Positions 59,902-64,000 of a DNA stretch of 64,000 nucleotides are shown piece after piece. The stretch covers positions 928,001 through 992,000 of the forward strand of contig CAWJRG010000009.1 in assembly GCA_963845185.1 (NCBI GenBank), given 5' to 3'. The position numbers were made by a program, and so were the translations under genes. The stretch's first letter is position 1. Each line of letters begins with the position of its first letter. Source of the DNA: an uncultured bacterium. Its GTDB lineage: Bacteria > Oederibacteriota > PGYV01 > CAWJRG01. A model generated the notes under the pieces. That model did not search any database, was not told the origin of the DNA, and was given only the letters and a program-made list of their open reading frames with translations.

Positions 59902-60774
59902 TCAGGATTCAAACAGGTTATCAATGAATTCTTCCGGGTCAAAAACGGCAATATCCTCAAGTTTTTCCCCGTATGTCAGGTATTTTATGGGCAGGCCCAG
60001 CTCGGACTTTATTTTTATTATGCTCCCGCCTTTTGATGTGCTGTCAAACTTGGTCAGTATCACCCCTGCCAGCCCCAGCGTGTCATTGAATTGTTTTGCC
60101 TGGGCAAAAGCGTTCTTGCCTGTATTGCTGTCGATTATTATGTAAATGTCGGTATTTTCCGCAGGTACCTCTTTTAATATCACCCTCTTTATTTTCGCGA
60201 GCTCCTCCATCAAATTGATTTTGGTATGCAGCCGTCCTGCCGTGTCTATTAAGACCACGTCAACCCCGCTTTTTTTTGCCTTAGCTATAGAGTCAAAAAC
60301 AACCGAAGCCGGGTCAGCCCCGTCCATGCCGCTTGCAACTTCCACTCCCAGTTTTTTTCCCCACTGCTCAATCTGCTCTATGGCCGCAGCCCTGAAAGTA
60401 TCCGCTGCCACGAGAAGCACTTTTTTTCCCGAGTCTTTGTATAATTTTGCCATTTTGGCGGCCGTTGTGGTTTTTCCGCCGCCGTTAATGCCAATAAGAA
60501 TAATAACGTATGGCTTCAAATTTGCTTTTATTGAAAAACTGGCATTTTGAAGCTCGCTTAAAAACTTAATTTTTAAAAAAGATTTTGCTTCTTCAAACGA
60601 GCTTATTTTTTTGTTTTCGAGTTCTTTTATCAGCTCATCGGTTATCCGCACGTCGATATCCGCGCCGATCAAAATTTCTTCTATTGCGGAAAAATCCGCT
60701 GTCCCGCCTTTTGAAAAAATCCCCTTTATTTTGTCAAGAAACGACCTTGGTTTTTCAAGTTTATTTTTTAGCAT
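59902..60774 (-). CDS. ftsY: SRP receptor FtsY
   Basis: G.NG.GKTTT, DTFRAAA, DTAGR, TKFD...KGG. Confidence 0.97.
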   Translation of the reverse strand: MLKNKLEKPRSFLDKIKGIFSKGGTADFSAIEEILIGADIDVRITDELIKELENKKISSFEEAKSFLKIKFLSELQNASFSIKANLKPYVIILIGINGGGKTTTAAKMAKLYKDSGKKVLLVAADTFRAAAIEQIEQWGKKLGVEVASGMDGADPASVVFDSIAKAKKSGVDVVLIDTAGRLHTKINLMEELAKIKRVILKEVPAENTDIYIIIDSNTGKNAFAQAKQFNDTLGLAGVILTKFDSTSKGGSIIKIKSELGLPIKYLTYGEKLEDIAVFDPEEFIDNLFES

Positions 60775-63700
60775 CTTCTTTTTCAAAAAGAGTGTCGAGT
60801 TTTACTGACATTATTTTAGACACGCCGTTTTTCTCCATTGATACCCCGTACAGGACATTGGCCGTTTCCATTGTGATTTTATTGTGTGAAATAATGAGGA
60901 ACTGTGTCCTTTCCCTGAAACTCCGCACCAGGTTCACGAACCTCATAATATTCATGTCGTCAAGCGGCGCGTCTATTTCGTCCATGCAGCAGAAAGGGCT
61001 TGTTTTTATCAGGAACAGGGCAAAAAGCAGGGATATTGCCGTTATTGCCTTTTCCCCGCCGGACATCAGCGATATGTTCTGCAGTTTTTTGCCCGGCGGC
61101 CTTGCTATGATGTCTATCCCGGACTCCAGTATATTTTCCCTGTCCAGGAGCAGCAAGTCAGCCTCGCCGCCGTTCATCATTTTCTGGAATACGTCCGCGA
61201 ACTTTTTTCTCACTTCCTCGAATGCTTTTTCAAAAAGTTCCTTTGACTCGTCGTTTGTTTTCTTTATGACTTTTTTCAGGTTCTCGCGCGCGTTAAAAAG
61301 GTCGTCGTACTGCGCCTGGAGAAAGTCGTTCCTCTTCTGCAGTTCGCTGTATTCCTCTATGGCCACAAGATTGATGACGCCGAGGCTCTCCATCCTTTCC
61401 CTGGAATCCGTTATTTTTAAATTTAATTCCCTGTACTCCTCTTCCGCAAGTTCAAATGATTCCAGGGCCGCCTCGTCCGGGGCGACTTTAAGCTCTTCGT
61501 CAAGCTTCGAATATAAAGCCTTGATTTCAAGCGAAAGCTCGTTTATTTTAAGCTTGATTTCATACTGTTTTTCTTTCAGGATTTCAGTGCCTTTATTTAT
61601 CAGTTTGATTCCCTGTTCTATTTTTTCCATTTCGGCTTTTAACGCTTCAAGCTCGGTCTTTTTCACGTTCCATTCGTTTTCATCCGCCGACAAAGTGCTC
61701 CGGAGCTCCTGAATCTTGGTTTCGTTTGCCTGTTTTTCCTCGCCTGCCTGTGTTATTTTAAGGTTTATCTCCTCTATTTCCCTTGCCGTGCTGTTATAAG
61801 CCGCGTCAAGCTCCTCGAGCCTTTTCCCCAGCATAGAAAGGTTGTTTGACTCCAGCTCAAAGTCACCCTTGGCTTTTGTTGATTCCACTTTTGCGTCTTC
61901 GATAATATTCTTTCTTGACGCCAGTTCTTCTTCCTTGCCCTGCAGTCCGGCTGTGACATTTGCGATTTCAGCCTTCATTTTTTCCGTTTCATCCTGCATT
62001 TTCTGTATTTCCCTTGCAACCGATTCTTTCCTTGCCTTGCTGCTGCCTTTGTCGGATTCCAGGGATGTTATGGCTGCGGCCAGTTTTGCCGTTTCTTCCT
62101 CGGATATTTTTTTATCCTCTTCTTTTTGCCTGCTCCGCTCCGCGTCTTTTATTACCTCGATATACTGGCTGTGGTAAAGCCGCGACAGCTCTTCTATTTC
62201 CGTCTCCATGTTCTCTATTTCTTTTTCGCGGGACTTTTTATCGGTTTCAAGCGAAGATAATTTTTCCTTGAGCAGCACGATTTCACTGCTTATTTCATTC
62301 ATTTCCCTTTCCCTGCTTAAAAAACCCGTCCCCAGCCCGTCAGCGCCTTCCCCCCTCCTGTATGTATTAAAATTGGATATCAGTTCCCCTGACAGGGTTA
62401 AAAGGAAATATTCCTCGTCTTTTTTTACGTCCATAAGCACTTTTTGGGCCTTTTCCATGCCGTCAACAATGTATATATTGTAAAAAAGCACTTTGATTAT
62501 TGCGTTTTGCTGCTCGACTTTCAGTATATCGGGCAGGTAAGCCATGATATCCGGATGTTTTATATAATCCTTCCATTTTGCAAGTATATTTTCAAAGTCA
62601 ACCTTCGGGTTCTCGGCGCTCAAAAATCCGACTTCGCCTTTTTCGCTCTCATAAATCCTGAAAATTTCCTTTATGTGGCTTTCCTTGCGCACAAGCAATG
62701 TCTTTAAAATATGCGCCAGGGTCTTTTCAATGGCTGTTTCATACGGCTTCTCAACCGAAAGCAGGTTCCCTATCACGTCGACTATATCCTGCCTGTCTTC
62801 AACCGCAAGGGTTTTCCTGTATTGCGTCAGTATCTTTCTTATTATTTCACCGTAACCTTCGAACCTCTGCTTCATTTCCTTTAAAAGGTTGAGCCTTGAT
62901 TCAGCTTTGCCCGTGTTTACAGTAACTTCCCTCAATTCGTCGTTTACGGCCTCGAGCGCTTCTTTCCTGCTGATTTTGTCCTTTATGAGGAATTCCTCTT
63001 TTGATTTTATGCTGTTTATCTCTTCTTCTTTCAGCACCTTGTTTTTCGACATCAAATCAAGGTCGAGGCCTAGCTTCCTGGCCTTTTCCTCAAAAGCTTT
63101 TTTCCCCTCGGTATTTTTCAATATCTGGCCGTCTATATTTTCAATCCTTAAATCTTCCTCGATTATTTTGTTGTTCAGCGCGTTTATTTCCTGGTTCAGT
63201 TTTTCAAGTATAAGCTTTTTCTCTTCAAGCTCGCTTTTTATCGCGTCCTGCTCCAGGAGCACGGAATTGTATTTTTCCAGGATGTTTTCAAGCTCCTTTT
63301 CCCCTTCTGAAATTGCTTTTTCCCTGTCTTTTAATGCAGTCTCTTTGCTCTCCATGTCGATTTTGATGCCCTGTACTTTTCCGACGTTCTCAATGTTCTC
63401 GTTTTTCAGGTTTTCCGACCGCTGGCCCAGCTCGACTGTTTTTTCCGAAAGGTACCCGAGGTTGTCTTCCAGCCTTTTTATTTCCTGCTCCTTAAGCAGG
63501 AATTTTTCGCGTTTTTCATTTATTTCACGCTCCAGGTCCGCGCTTTTTTGTTTCATTTCCGCGTAAAGCGCGTCGTTCTTGTTTATGCCCGAGCTTTCCT
63601 CCTGTATCTGCTTTTCAATGTCGTCGTTTGCGGCCGAGTATTTTTTGTATTCGTTGTTCATGTTTTTTATGTCCCGCATGTATACCTTTGTAAGCATGCC

Positions 63701-64000
63701 GTTCAGTTCTTCCCTCAGCACTTTGTACTTTTCCGCTTTCTTGGCCTGCTTTTCCAGGCTGCCCATCTGCCTCTTTACCTCGGAAAGTATGTCGTTTATC
63801 CTTACCATGTTCTGCTCGGTGCTCTCAAGCCGGCGGAGCGCCTCGTCCCTTTTTGTTATGTATTTGGTTATTCCGGCTGCCTCCTCAAATATCTCGCGCC
63901 GCTCTATCGCCTTTGCGTTTATTATCCTGTCAACTTCCCCCTGGCCTATTATTGAATACGAGTCAATGCCAAGCCCTGTGCCCATGAGCATTTCAGATAT
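60761..64000 (-). CDS. smc: Chromosome segregation protein SMC (5' end beyond the window)
   Basis: YSIIGQG..FEEAAGI; coiled coils; PPGKK..MSGGEK; DEIDAPLD; ISH. Confidence 0.96.
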   Translation of the reverse strand: MSEMLMGTGLGIDSYSIIGQGEVDRIINAKAIERREIFEEAAGITKYITKRDEALRRLESTEQNMVRINDILSEVKRQMGSLEKQAKKAEKYKVLREELNGMLTKVYMRDIKNMNNEYKKYSAANDDIEKQIQEESSGINKNDALYAEMKQKSADLEREINEKREKFLLKEQEIKRLEDNLGYLSEKTVELGQRSENLKNENIENVGKVQGIKIDMESKETALKDREKAISEGEKELENILEKYNSVLLEQDAIKSELEEKKLILEKLNQEINALNNKIIEEDLRIENIDGQILKNTEGKKAFEEKARKLGLDLDLMSKNKVLKEEEINSIKSKEEFLIKDKISRKEALEAVNDELREVTVNTGKAESRLNLLKEMKQRFEGYGEIIRKILTQYRKTLAVEDRQDIVDVIGNLLSVEKPYETAIEKTLAHILKTLLVRKESHIKEIFRIYESEKGEVGFLSAENPKVDFENILAKWKDYIKHPDIMAYLPDILKVEQQNAIIKVLFYNIYIVDGMEKAQKVLMDVKKDEEYFLLTLSGELISNFNTYRRGEGADGLGTGFLSREREMNEISSEIVLLKEKLSSLETDKKSREKEIENMETEIEELSRLYHSQYIEVIKDAERSRQKEEDKKISEEETAKLAAAITSLESDKGSSKARKESVAREIQKMQDETEKMKAEIANVTAGLQGKEEELASRKNIIEDAKVESTKAKGDFELESNNLSMLGKRLEELDAAYNSTAREIEEINLKITQAGEEKQANETKIQELRSTLSADENEWNVKKTELEALKAEMEKIEQGIKLINKGTEILKEKQYEIKLKINELSLEIKALYSKLDEELKVAPDEAALESFELAEEEYRELNLKITDSRERMESLGVINLVAIEEYSELQKRNDFLQAQYDDLFNARENLKKVIKKTNDESKELFEKAFEEVRKKFADVFQKMMNGGEADLLLLDRENILESGIDIIARPPGKKLQNISLMSGGEKAITAISLLFALFLIKTSPFCCMDEIDAPLDDMNIMRFVNLVRSFRERTQFLIISHNKITMETANVLYGVSMEKNGVSKIMSVKLDTLFEKEDAKK

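Noticed and set aside
60585..61712. 375-aa plus-strand ORF and other long antisense ORFs (28156-28857, 53552-54391, 62889-63566, Val-rich ORFs in 32-34.5 kb)
   Set aside because: Shadows of well-supported minus-strand genes (smc, ftsH, ROK kinase, Thr stalk), with no motifs of their own.

Overview
Chromosomal segment of an AT-rich, probably diderm bacterium. It uses canonical TTGACA/TATAAT promoters and AGGAGG ribosome-binding sites, which argues against Bacteroidota. The Thr/Pro-rich secreted proteins with 'PNP' C-terminal domains suggest a Goldbacteria/FCPU426-like lineage, but this is low-confidence inference. Positions 1-8.6 kb form an accessory hotspot: a frameshifted type IIG restriction-modification gene, yhcG (DUF1016), an RHH protein, and three tandem beta-propeller lipoproteins sharing one signal/anchor module. 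The RHH gene and the lipoproteins are bracketed by a ~65-bp inverted repeat, heptamer runs sit at most gene junctions, a family of covarying hairpin modules lies behind a perfect sigma70 promoter leading to an unannotated 53-aa membrane peptide, and there is a MITE. Positions 8.6-24 kb carry envelope and signalling genes (deacetylase, STAS, NlpE, CAP, FHA-cyclase, pit, beta-helix enzyme, HTH-less LacI, and a sigma54 two-component system with a PilZ/HTH target operon). Positions 24-31 kb are housekeeping (ribH-nusB, ftsH-folE-folP-cdaA-cdaR-pdxJ). Positions 31-54 kb include a 1824-aa GH116-malectin-Thr-stalk protein, cspA, a CTD protein/PorV-like pair, and DUF2723 plus O-antigen-ligase-like TPR glycosyltransferases. 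Positions 54-64 kb hold tRNA-Leu, rsmD, a DksA/TraR protein, speD, nth, recJ, ftsY and partial smc. All calls come from motif recognition by eye; no searches were run.
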